From Octopus sinensis (lineage: Eukaryota), in NCBI RefSeq assembly GCF_006345805.1, contig NW_021824223.1, positions 1-19,921 on the forward strand: a stretch of DNA of 19,921 bases, given 5' to 3'. Under the pieces are notes generated by a model, which had not been told where the DNA came from, searched no databases, and was given only the letters and a program-made list of their open reading frames with translations. Made by a program: the position numbers and the translations under genes. Shown piece by piece: positions 1 through 11,607 of this stretch (positions are counted from its first letter, which is position 1; each line of letters starts with the position of its first letter).

Positions 1-445
1 GACAGAGACAGAGACAGAGAGAGAAAAACAAAAAGCAAAGAAAAAAGACCAAGAGAAAGAAAGAGAGAGATGGTGAGAGAGAGAGAACCAGACGAAGAGA
101 GACAAAGAGATACGGCGCGGAATAAGTAAGCAGACGTGTTCGAAATATAGTAGAGCTCAACGAAAGGGAGATAACCAGCGGAGATCATAAATATATCCTT
201 GAAAATGTGCGCTACAGTTACACATGACTAATTTATATGCTCCACTTACTGAAGAAATCTACAAAATAAAAAATAAATAAGGAATAATGAAATGAATAGT
301 TTTAACGATTCACTTCATTCTACACATTATCAAGGTTAATTGTTAAAGAGTAAGAGAGATGAAAAAAGTCTGTTGGAGATGTAGCAGTCGCGGGTTCGAA
401 TAGAGCACAATGTCACCATCCAATGGAGATATATATATATATATA

Positions 446-605
446 TGCTGGACCTTTTAATAACAACTCATTGTCGCCAGCTGAATGGAGTGGAGCAATG
501 TGAAATAAAGTGTCTTGATCAATGACATAATGTGTTGCCAGAAATCGAACTCACGACCTTACGATCGCGAGCCAATTACCATTACCACTAAGCCCTGCGC
601 CTTCA
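446..605 (-). mobile_element. tRNA-derived SINE, family A, 5' part (3'-truncated)
   Basis: Reverse complement reads tgaaggcgcagggcttagtggt...gtcgtgagttcgatttc...gatcaagacactttatttcacattgctccactccattcagctggc. It has A-box and B-box-like motifs and matches the copies at 7995 and 18694. Confidence 0.85.
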
Positions 606-869
606 CAAATGTTTATATACACATGGAGGTGTATACGTCACTCATATGAATACACACGCATGCATATACTTTTACATAAAATACTTGTTTGTGTGTATGT
701 GTGTATAAATATAAATATATAGATATATGGGTATATATGTATACCTATATATTGCTGTGCCTAGGGAGAGTCATTATACCAATATAACTAACACACGCAT
801 TGGTTCCATTTCCATTCATATATTATTAGTTAAATGGTTAACTAATCGATTTTTCAATTTCTTAGTTAT

Positions 870-1045
870 TGTCTTCGCCTGTCTTTACGTTGAGTTCAAA
901 TTCCGCCGGGGTTGACTTTGCCTTTTATCCTTTCGGGCTCGATAAATTAAGTACCAGTTGCGTACTGGGGTCGATCTAATCGACTGGCCCTCTCTCCCCA
1001 CCCACCCCCAAAAATGTTGGGCCTTGTGCCTAGAGTAGAGAATAA
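870..1045 (+). mobile_element. tRNA-derived SINE, family C (head degraded)
   Basis: B-box-like gagttcaaattcc, then gttgactttgccttttatcctttcgggctcgataaattaagtaccag and a GTCGAT-CTA-ATCGAC hairpin at 970-984. Homologous to 7772-7913 on the minus strand. Confidence 0.85.
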
Positions 1046-1556
1046 TTTCTCAGTTATTGTTTGTCAACCTTTTCAATGGCTGTTCACTTAGTCCGTTATG
1101 GAGACCGTGTGTGTCTGCTGGAGAACTTGGTCCATGCGTGTGTGTGCCAGCGTATGTGCATGTTCTTGTGTATGTACGTATGTATGTATTCTAATTATTT
1201 ATGTCTTTGTGTGTGCGTGATTGTCTGTTTGTGTATGCATGTATATGTGTATGACTTTGTGTGCAACTCTACTTGCTTGTGTGTACGTATTTGACTGTGT
1301 GTATGTGTATGAGTTTGTGTGAGTATGCAAAAGCGTCTATTGTGTGTGTATGTGTGCATATATGTGCTTTTAGAGAATGCGTGTATATGGAGTGTGTGTG
1401 TATATACGGCCGTATGTTTCTGTCTCCTTATGTGTGTGTGGGTGTGTGTGTGTGCGTGTGTGCTTGTCTCTCCGTATTAGCTATGTACCTCCCTACATAT
1501 GTACGTACCTATCTATCTATCTGTGTGATTGTCTGTGTCTGTCTGTCTGTCTATCT

Positions 1557-1813
1557 ATCTACCTACCTAGCTACCTACCTACCTACCTACCTACCTACCA
1601 GCCTACCTACCTACCTACCTACCTACCTACCTACCACCTACCAGCCTACCTACCTACCTACCTACCTACCTACCTACCTATCTACCTACCTACCTACCTA
1701 CCTACCATCCTACCTACCTACCTACCTACCTACCTACCTACCTACCTACCTACCTACCTACCAGCCTACTACCTACCTACCTACCTACCTACCTACCTAC
1801 CTACCTACCTACC
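1557..1813. repeat. (TACC)n tetranucleotide microsatellite, about 250 bp, preceded by degenerate (TG)n
   Basis: Direct reading. It is the source of the LPTY-repeat pseudo-ORFs. Confidence 0.97.
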
Positions 1814-2410
1814 CACTTCTTTACCAACTTACCTACTTATCTTCTTATTAGCTTCTCTATCTTCTCACTTGTATCAAGTAGGAAACTTCTTCAGAAAGTT
1901 ATATTCCCATAACGATATCGATATTTCAGAATTATTTTTATTTCTGACGGATTTGAAAACTAAAATCGAATTCGTGAGATCATTTCAAGTATACACAGCA
2001 AGTTATAGTATAATCTAGATTTAATGGTAAATGTTTTCTTATCCTTCACTGAGAGAAAGAAAATTTCCTTCGCCAAGACTTGCAGCTAGATTTCACGTTT
2101 CATAGGTGACGCTTTTCGACATTTCTCACTTCTCAGCTGCATACACATATTATTATATCTAATAGCGTTTAAATATTTTCTAACTCACAGTAGAAACGTG
2201 ATATACGTACACTAACGAGTGAATACATGCATAGATTTATGCATATACACACGCGCGCGCGCACACACACACACATACATGCAAGTATATGTACAAAAAT
2301 AAGTGCACATATATTTATACATATATATTATATAATAACACAAACACATGTGTAGCTCAGAGGAAATTAGTGAAAGATTTACCTATCCCACCAAGGAAAT
2401 TATACATCAA

Positions 2411-2443
<33 letters not shown>

Positions 2444-2644
2444 ATAGATGAGTGTATTTTTACCTTGTTAACAATTAACACGGAAAAATAAATAAATAGT
2501 TACCAGGGCAGCAAAAATCTCACAATAAAGATGTTGTAACTCCTTGTTTATAAAGTAAAACTTCGTGTTTATGTTGAATATTTGAATAACATGTGTCGAA
2601 AGTAAAAATATTTGTTTATACCTGCGTTAACTCCATTTTTTATT

Positions 2645-2647
2645 CAT

Positions 2648-2694
<47 letters not shown>

Positions 2695-2900
2695 TATATA
2701 TATAAATGTATATATATATATTATATATTAATATATATATTATATATATATAATATATATATATATATATCTATCTATATATAATATATATATAATATAT
2801 ATATATATAGAGGAGAGATCGATAGATAGATATAGATGGAATATAATATATATATTATATATTATATAATGGATAGTATATATATATATAAATGTATACA
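2645..2900. repeat. Imperfect (AT)n microsatellite
   Basis: Direct reading. Confidence 0.95.
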
Positions 2901-2929
2901 TATATATGTGTGTTTTATTATTATACCTT

Positions 2930-3212
2930 ATTGTTTTTTACGTATTTTTGTATTCTTATTCGTGTAACATCGTCCGTTTTTCCGTCCTTGTTTGTATACA
3001 TCGAGGCTTTCTTCCAAGGATCTAATACGCTTGGCTTAGATTTCCTTGGGGGCTGGCCAGATCGGAGCAATTTCAAGATTAATCAGCCGAAATGCGAAGA
3101 TGATCCGGTTCTTGACTGAAGATTGAAGGCTTCGAATGTCCCGTCCATGTTTTTTGTATCGTCTTCTAAATGTTTCACGTTCTTGTCCCTGTTTGTATTT
3201 TTTTTACATTTA
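2930..3212 (+). mobile_element. Interspersed repeat family D, copy 1 (possibly derived from a Penelope-like terminal repeat)
   Basis: Aligns by eye with 9440-9770 and with 15094-15254 (minus): cttgg(c/t)ttagattt, tcaag..taat...ccgaaa, ttgactga(a/t)ga, cgaat..cc.tcc.tgttt. Confidence 0.7.
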
Positions 3213-3393
3213 CACACACATATATATATATATATATCTATATATATATATTATATATAATATATATATATTTCTCATATATATATATATATAATTGCGT
3301 ATCTATGTCCATGTTGGGATTTTTATACATATAATAATAATAATAATAATATATATATATATAATATATATATATATATAGATATATATATAC

Positions 3394-3494
3394 TTTATTT
3401 AAGCATCAGAAAATTCAAAAAAACCTGTTACTCTGAGTTGCAACGGGAAACTCAGAGTAACAGGTTTTTTTGATTTTCTGCTGCTTTAAATAAA
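3394..3494. repeat. Fold-back palindrome, 46-bp arms (inner 25 bp perfect), 9-nt spacer
   Basis: Arms 3394-3439 and 3449-3494: tcaaaaaaacctgttactctgagtt / aactcagagtaacaggtttttttga. Confidence 0.95.
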
Positions 3495-3581
3495 GCACAT
3501 ACTCTACACACTGGTATTTGAGTACTCTTTTTTCCACCTTGTTTTCCAATTATGTGTTACTCCGTATATAAATATATATAT

Positions 3582-3628
<47 letters not shown>

Positions 3629-3939
3629 AATAATGAAGGGTGAAATTAATTAATTTGGAAAAATTATCAATTACACCAAGTAGTCTTCGGCATGTAAAAG
3701 CCTCATTCTTACCTGTTTGTGTCTGCCTTCCAAATGCTGTTTTTACTGAGATCTCCCTTTTTAGTAGAAGAAATAGCTATAACCCTTTGACTGCTATTTC
3801 TAATTCGGTATGTGGTAAGGCAACTCGTTGCTAAACCCTTATTGCTTAGTATAACTTATATATATATATAATATATATTATACATATTAGAATAAGTATG
3901 TGTGGTGTGTTTCTTTTATACGCACGTATATGTGCAGAC

Positions 3940-4548
<609 letters not shown>

Positions 4549-4590
4549 TGTGAGAGAGAATGAGAGAGGCAGAGACAGGGAAGACACGCT

Positions 4591-4603
4591 TAGATAGATA
4601 GAT

Positions 4604-4683
<80 letters not shown>

Positions 4684-4708
4684 GGACAGATAGATAGATA
4701 GATAGATA
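4591..4708. repeat. (GATA)n microsatellite
   Basis: Direct reading. Confidence 0.97.
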
Positions 4709-4931
4709 AAGAGATTTATTAGGTATTCATATTAATGTACTGAATGAATGGCAATTGTTTTAAATTTGCATTATCAACAGTTGCAGATGATTGCGAAAAC
4801 TTATAGCCGGGAGTAACACCGAAATTCTCGTGACAGGTGTGTATGAACTGTATATAATAAAATGACAATATTTCTATATTTCTATACGTATAGCAGCAGG
4901 CAGATGTCTAAGTGCGTGCAGCACGCATATA

Positions 4932-5005
<74 letters not shown>

Positions 5006-5174
5006 AGTATGTATGTATGTATGTATGTATGTATGTATGTATTTATGTATGTATTATATATATATATATATTTCTAAGATATTAGATAGATAGATGTACA
5101 CACACACACAACTCATTTACCTTAAATATTAGTTTACTCATTTCCTCATTCTCTGTGTACCCTTTGTCTGTCTG

Positions 5175-5178
<4 letters not shown>

Positions 5179-5234
<56 letters not shown>
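5179..5234. repeat. (CT)n microsatellite
   Basis: Direct reading. Confidence 0.97.
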
Positions 5235-5236
<2 letters not shown>

Positions 5237-5514
5237 ATATATATATGTGTGTCTCTGCCTGTATACATGCATGCATAATGTATGTAACTCGATTTTACTG
5301 AATGGCTTCGCTTGGCTTTTCTCGCTACAATTCAATAGAGCCGCCGCTACTCAAACATTTGTTGTTCTACTTTGAAGTTCTACTTGTGACATACAGCAAT
5401 TAGCTTAGACGTCACAATGAGTGCCATTTGTCGCAGCTGTTAGAGATCTTACCATTTTCATTGTTTGTTTTTATCCTTTTCGACAGCAGCCACCCATCTT
5501 GTACAACGTATAAA

Positions 5515-5808
5515 CTGACACTCTGGTTCGCTCCTCCGAGCAGCCTGATCGTGAAATTGAACTTTACAAGTGGCTGAGTACTCCACAAACACAGGCGACT
5601 TTAGCATAGTTTTCAGGAAGATTCAGCGTGACGAAGAATGTGAGAAAACTGGCCCTTTTGAATTACAGACGCAACTCCCTTTTGCCATCGAAATTGACTA
5701 GAGCAAAGTGAAATTAGGTGTCACGTCCACAATGAGAAGCCGCGAACCGAACTTATGATGATAAGGTTCTGAGCCGAAAGTTCCTAACCACTAAACCACA
5801 AACCTTCA
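5515..5808 (-). mobile_element. SINE family A, old diverged near-full-length copy
   Basis: Reverse complement reads tgaagg...ggtttagtggttagg...cacgctgaatcttcctga...gtggagtactcagccacttg...aatttcacgatcaggctg, collinear with 18694-19020. Confidence 0.8.
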
Positions 5809-6155
5809 CACAGCGCTTAATAGAGATGCTGAAAGTCAAGCCATGCCTGGGTCTGAAGCTTTTTAAAGAGAGGAGTAGGCTTGCACAGAGCCAAACAAAG
5901 TATGCATTTCCCGAAAAAGAATACTATTCGAGATCGTTGACTCTAATGAAGTCGCACGTGCTGCATCCCAATTTTATTTCTGATAGAATGATGTCTGAAG
6001 AAAGTCAGAGTGTCTGTCACTGTATATATTTATGTGTGCATAGCGATAGGTGTATATAAATGGATGTTTGAGTGTTTTGTCGTGATCGTGGCGATGATAA
6101 TTCTCTTTATGAATGCAGACAGACGTAGAGAGAGAGAGAGAGTGACAGCGCTGGC

Positions 6156-6370
6156 GAAGGAAAGATAGTAGACACTATCAAATGACGTTATAGAGAGAAA
6201 CTGAAAGGAAGGGAGGTGAGAGAGATGGAGGAAGACAGGCAGATAATAGAATGCGATGGCGGTGAGGGAAAGATAATGGACGCTATGAAACGACGTTATA
6301 GATAGATCGTGAAAGGAAGGGAGGAAAGAGAGTGAGTGATAGAGGAAGACAGATACATAAAAGAATGAGA
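6156..6370. repeat. Diverged tandem duplication, period about 108 bp, purine-rich
   Basis: ggaaagata.t.gac.ctat.aaa.gacgttataga...tgaaaggaagggagg...gaggaagacag occurs at 6156 and again at 6264. Confidence 0.85.
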
Positions 6371-7112
6371 GTAGACTTGTCAGAGTGCGTGTTTGGCCCT
6401 AGCAAACCTTTTAAGATGGGGATTTCTAACCTAGCCCACTCGCATCCTCACCTCATTTTACATGTCCCTGTAAATTTTTGGAGTCAATCCGCCGGGATCT
6501 AATGACCTTTAACCCGTACTCAATGCCGAAACCAGACAAACAAACAAACAAACAAACTTTTAGCATTTCAGAATTATAATATAGAGATATGTGTGTGTGT
6601 GTGTGTGTGTGTATAATATTGTGTTTGGAGAGACATTCTCTTTTAATGTCTTATTAATTTAACACACACCTTTTCAACAGTCGTTGACTCCGTCCGTCTT
6701 GGGAAATGCGTTCTTTGTTTTTGTGCGCATACACATACGTGTGTATGTAAGTGTGTATGAATATATATATATATATGTACGTGTGTGTATGCATGTATAC
6801 GTGTGCGTGTATGCTTATAAATGTATGCGTGTGTGGACGTTTGTATGTATTCTGCATATCCATGTGCTTGTGTGCATGTTTTAGTGTGACTGTAAACCCA
6901 TACACAGGCAAACTTAAACATACACACAGATACAAACACACAAACATGAACACAAGCACACACACAAACATGAACACACAAGCACATGGACATGTAGAAT
7001 ACATACATACAAACGCGCGTGTATGCATATATATATATATATGCATGCACACACACATGCATACGCATATATATGCAGTTTACCAACATACATACAAACG
7101 TGAACACTCGCA

Positions 7113-7191
<79 letters not shown>

Positions 7192-7649
7192 ATACATGCA
7201 TACACACACATACATACATATATTCATGTGTATATGCAAGGACACTGACGCACACGCATGCGCACAAACAAAAGAAAAAAGAACGCAGTTCCAATAACGG
7301 AGAGAGTCAATGACAATTTAAAAGGTAGAAAAAGATGAATAATTAAATGAGTCCTTGTGAGTGTTTTAAATTGATAAAGAACTTAAAGAGACTGACTCTC
7401 CCCAGACACAATAAAATATGCTTCAACACACGAATTCACTTAAAGAATCTGGCAAACCAAATGCAAAAAACGAAAGACATGTGTGAGTATGTATGTATGT
7501 ATGGAATAATGTAAATAATATATAAATATATGCATATATGCATATATATATGAACTTACCTACATATATATGTATATATACATGCATATATGGGTACAGG
7601 ACGTAAAAAGAAATTATTGAACAAAATGAGAAATGAAAACATAAAAAAA

Positions 7650-7992
7650 CGAAATGGCGTATATATCCATCTCTGGACGCGATGCTGCTCCGTTGCGGTA
7701 TCAATTTTTGCCAGCTAAGCGGATAAGAGCAAATGTAAGACAGTGTTTTGCTCAAGAAGACAATATATCTATTTCTTTACTACCCACAAGGGGCTAAACA
7801 CAGAGGGGACAAACAAGGACAAACGAATTAAGTCGATTACCTCGACCACAGTGCGTAACTGGTACTTATTTAATCGATCCCGAAAGGATGAAAGGCAAAG
7901 TCGAGCACGGCGGAGAAGACAATATATCTACGAATCAAAACTACAATCGTAGGATCATCGGTGCAACACCTTAACCTTAAGCACGTGCATCA
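7650..7992 (-). mobile_element. SINE family A variant, interrupted by a family C insertion
   Basis: With 7772-7930 removed, the reverse complement reads tgatgcacgtgcttaaggttaaggtg...ttgattcg-tagatatattgtcttcttgagcaaaacact...gctggcaaaaattga, a continuous family A head and body. Confidence 0.75.
7772..7913 (-). mobile_element. 5'-truncated SINE family C with 17-bp target-site duplication
   Basis: AGAAGACAATATATCTA occurs at 7755-7771 and 7914-7930. The insert is homologous to 900-985. Confidence 0.92.
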
Positions 7993-7994
7993 TG

Positions 7995-8306
7995 TGATGG
8001 CGTGTGGTTTATTGGTTAGAGCATTTGACTCAGTCACAAGGTCAAGAGTTCAATTCCCGGCGACGCGTTGTGTCCTTGAGCAAAACACTTTATTTCACGT
8101 TATTCCAGTCCACTCAGCTGGCAAAAATTAGTTGTTCCTGTATTTCAAGGGGCCAACCTTGTCACATTCCGTGTCACGTTGACTTCATTAAGGGTACACG
8201 TGCCTGTGGAGGAAGGCTCAGCCACTTGCACGTTAATTTCAAGAATAGGCTGTTCCATTGATCAGATCAACCGGAACACTCGTCGTCGTAACCGACGGAG
8301 TGCCAG
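7995..8306 (+). mobile_element. SINE family A, near full length
   Basis: A-box-like tggtttattgg, B-box gagttcaattcc, body gtgtccttgagcaaaacactttatttcac...ccactcagctggcaaaa. Collinear with 18694-19020. Confidence 0.92.
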
Positions 8307-8348
<42 letters not shown>

Positions 8349-8731
8349 GTATGCAATGCATACATAAATATGTGTGTGTGAATGAGTGAGTGTGCATGCG
8401 CGTGTGCGCACGCGCGAGTGTTTGTTGTTACTCGTATTACACATACCATAATGTATGATTATGCAAATGATGGTGGAAAACGATAGAAAGAAAAGCACCG
8501 GAAAACGTCTCCTTAAAATGCTTGCAATACAATCATGCAAACCGCGTTCACTATTCGTTATTGTTCTCTTAAGAGAGAAATTTGAAACTCAAAAGAAAAA
8601 TCGCTTATTGTTTCACAGTAGCACCTAGAAATGTTGCTCTGAAGGAGAAAATATCCCCATATCAATCACATTCTTGCATATTGAAAAATCTGAAAATTCA
8701 GAAGATTTATATATATATATATATATATATA

Positions 8732-9126
8732 CTAGCAGTATCGCCCGGCGTTGCTCGGGTTTGTAAGGGAAATAACTATACAGCATTTTTAGAGAGTTAT
8801 AGCCAAAAAATAGCAAAAAAATGCATTAAAAATGGAAAAAATATGATGGTAAATTTTTTTTTAAATCGTTGACTCATCGTAGACATTTTTAGAGAGTTAG
8901 TTCCCTTTAAAAAAATATGCATGAAAATGGAAAAAAAATTATGGTAAATTATTTTTAAAATCGTAGACTCATCGTAGACGCGCGCTAATACCCAGAAGGG
9001 CTCGATATGAATCACGACTATAAGATACCCGGTTTTGGTTAAACTGCACCGCAAAATGTGGGAGTAGTTAGGAATCTAAATCGAAGGGGACAGACACTCA
9101 CACAACTACAGTTTTATATATAAAGA
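8732..9126 (-). mobile_element. Non-autonomous Helitron-like element (395 bp)
   Basis: Minus strand reads A|TCtttatatataaaactg ... CCCGAGCAACGCCGGG hairpin, 8-nt spacer, CTAG|T. Inserted at an AT dinucleotide with no TSD. Internal tandem duplication of about 100 bp. Confidence 0.88.
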
Positions 9127-9439
9127 TATATGTATATACATCTTGGAATTCTCTTTCTTTAATCTCATTACTTCCCTCTGTTATCTCCCTTGTATCTTTC
9201 CCTCTGTCCCTTTCTCTTTCTCTCTCTCTCTTTCTAGCTCCTTCCCTAATTCTTCAGTCCCTCTACTCCCTACCTTTCTCTGTTCCTCCCACGTGCTCAG
9301 CATGATCTTTCTTTCTTGGCCTGACCGCCGCTCGCCACACCTTATTTTCCTATCTTCTCCTGACTCTCATCTATGCTTGTTGCCGTAAGGCTTCCACTTC
9401 CCACACCAGCTTAACCTAACTTGTCCTTTTAGTCGAAAG

Positions 9440-9770
9440 ACACCGATCGTTATTCTTGTTGTTTGCATTTGTAATCGTGTAACTTTTTCTCCGGTTTCTC
9501 ATTTTTGTTTTTGTCCGTGTTGTCGCACATTTTCGCTCGCGTTCTTTTTCAAAAATTTAGTGCCCTTGGTTTAGATTTTTGGGGCCTACTAATTTTGAAC
9601 AGTCTCAAGTGTAATAGACCGAAACTGCAGTGATGATTGGAAATTTGACTGATGAATACAAAGCCACGAATATTCCATCCTTGTTTCTCTGCTCGTCTTT
9701 TAGCCTCCACCTGTCCCTATGTTTTTATTGTCGTCCGTTACGTCCTTGTTCCGTTTTTTAAATTTATATA
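9440..9770 (+). mobile_element. Interspersed repeat family D, copy 2
   Basis: Collinear with 2930-3212. Contains GAAA at 9621 and CTGATGA at 9649-9655. Confidence 0.7.
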
Positions 9771-10584
9771 TACATATGTGTGTGTGTGTATGTTTGTGTG
9801 CGTGTGTGTATACGTGTACGTTTTGTAGTATTTAATGCATTTTTCATTTATTGAGTAATTGAACGCTATGGATCCCGACTTTTGTTATCAGTAAGTTTTT
9901 ATATATTTTTAAAAAATCTATCTTCTTTCTTTCTCTCTCCACCTTATATTCCTTTTCTAGCATCCTTACATCCCCTTCCCCCTCTCGTCTTCTCATTCTT
10001 AATTGTAGACTTTCTCCCTTCCTCCTTCCGCCTTCCTTCTTTCCTTCCTTCCTTCCTTCATTCCTTTCCTGTTCTCTCTGCCGCTCTCTCTCTCTCTCTC
10101 TCTCTCTCATCCTCCTTCCCCTCTATCTGCTGCCCACACATGACCAGTGACTGGTTTTCTTATCTCTACTTTTTCAACACCGGACGATTGGCCGGTCAAC
10201 GTTTTCCCTTCTCTTACTATTTCTCTTTTTATATCAATTGAGGATTCCTTCCAGGCGTTACCCATCACTCTCATGTTTGGCCGAAAGTCTGTATTTACTC
10301 CATCTTCGTCTATTGTTTCAAATTACATTACTTTACTTTCGTACGTCCGCCCTGTATTGGCTTCTTTGCTCGGGTTCTAAACTTCTACGCGAATTCTGAG
10401 GGTCCCACCGATATACAAAGTTCTTAGTCTTAACATTAAAGGCTCGAAAGTGAGTATTAGTATTTTTGGTCGAGAATTCGGGTCCTTCTGTGTATGTCAT
10501 ACGCGTACCTTTTGAAGTATTTAATATATATATATATATAAATCAATAAATGGTGGGGTTGTGTTGACCGCACGTGGAGAAATC

Positions 10585-10744
10585 ATAGGAGAGGAAAAAT
10601 TATAAGGCAGAATGCTAAATTGAAGGTAAATTTTAATAAAAATGGGTGTTATTTATTTATTTTCTTATTTTCAAAATTTTCATACACCCATTTTTATTAA
10701 TTTACCTTCAATTTAGCATTCTGCCTTATTATAATTTTTCCTCT

Positions 10745-10749
<5 letters not shown>
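10585..10749. repeat. Fold-back element, about 65-bp arms, 34-nt spacer (MITE-like or inverted PLE terminus)
   Basis: Arms 10585-10649 and 10684-10749 are identical apart from one 3-nt and one 2-nt indel. The ends can be read as TA|GGAGAGG...CCTCTCC|TA. Confidence 0.92.
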
Positions 10750-10815
<66 letters not shown>

Positions 10816-11548
10816 TGTATATATAGTTATATATAATTATATACGATATATATATAAATGGCGGTGCCCCAACATGGCCGCAGCTCTGACCTGAAGCTAA
10901 GCAAAATATATACGTATATGTATGCAAGTGTGTTTGTATATATATAATATAATATAAAATAGGATTTTTCGGGATGGTTCATTTGACTGCCGCAGAGCTT
11001 AAGCTTGTTTCTCCCAAACCATCGTGTTTAGCTTTTTATCTTTTTTGTTGCTGTTGTTGTTGTTGTTGTTTTTTCACAAGAAAGCCACATAGCAGCCACA
11101 TGATGCGTCTTCGTTCCGGATGTAATCGGTGCGGTAAGGAATGACGAATGATGTGTCAATGAAGGATGTCCTGAATCTGCTTCGAGAATGGATCGATCGG
11201 TCAACGGAAGGCTACACTGAAGTTGAATTATCTATTATGTATATGGGGGGGGGCAAAACATTAACTAATAATGACTTGCTGCTGGAACAACATACACATG
11301 CATAATATATATATATATAGTGTGAAACAGCAAGTCTATATATGTACACGCAGCTATACAAATATACACACAAATACACAGACGCAAATATGCATAGTGA
11401 GTTATGTAAACATATACACGAATAGATAGAGGGATAACCAGCCAGCCAGCCAACCAGCCAGCCAGACAGTGAAATAGACATACATACCACACAGAGACAC
11501 TCATATATGTATGCGTATGCATGTGTATACACAGATACACACACACAC

Positions 11549-11581
<33 letters not shown>

Positions 11582-11607
11582 GTATGTATATATGCATATA
11601 TATGTAT

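Noticed and set aside
1061-2018. Long ORFs of 196 aa and 213 aa with LPTY repeats
   Set aside because: Translation of (TG)n and (TACC)n microsatellites, which lack stop codons. No credible coding signal.
3440-3446. GCAACG in the palindrome spacer, identical to the Helitron hairpin loop
   Set aside because: A 6-nt match is expected by chance, and there is no CTAG or other Helitron context.
4771-4826. Exon-like segment near 4770-4830 (caacag|TTGCAG...GACAG|gtgtgt)
   Set aside because: Stop codons in all three frames. Could only be non-coding, and there is no other support.
5826-6059. 77-aa non-repetitive ORF MLKVKPCLG...
   Set aside because: No recognisable domain and no clear splice signals. 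The length is within chance expectation.
6643-7248. Overlapping 134-200 aa ORFs on both strands
   Set aside because: Derived from mixed CA/TA microsatellites.
8455-8700. Short ORFs and a good acceptor (tattgtttcacag) upstream of Helitron 1
   Set aside because: No donor before the (AT)n tract and no recognisable protein.
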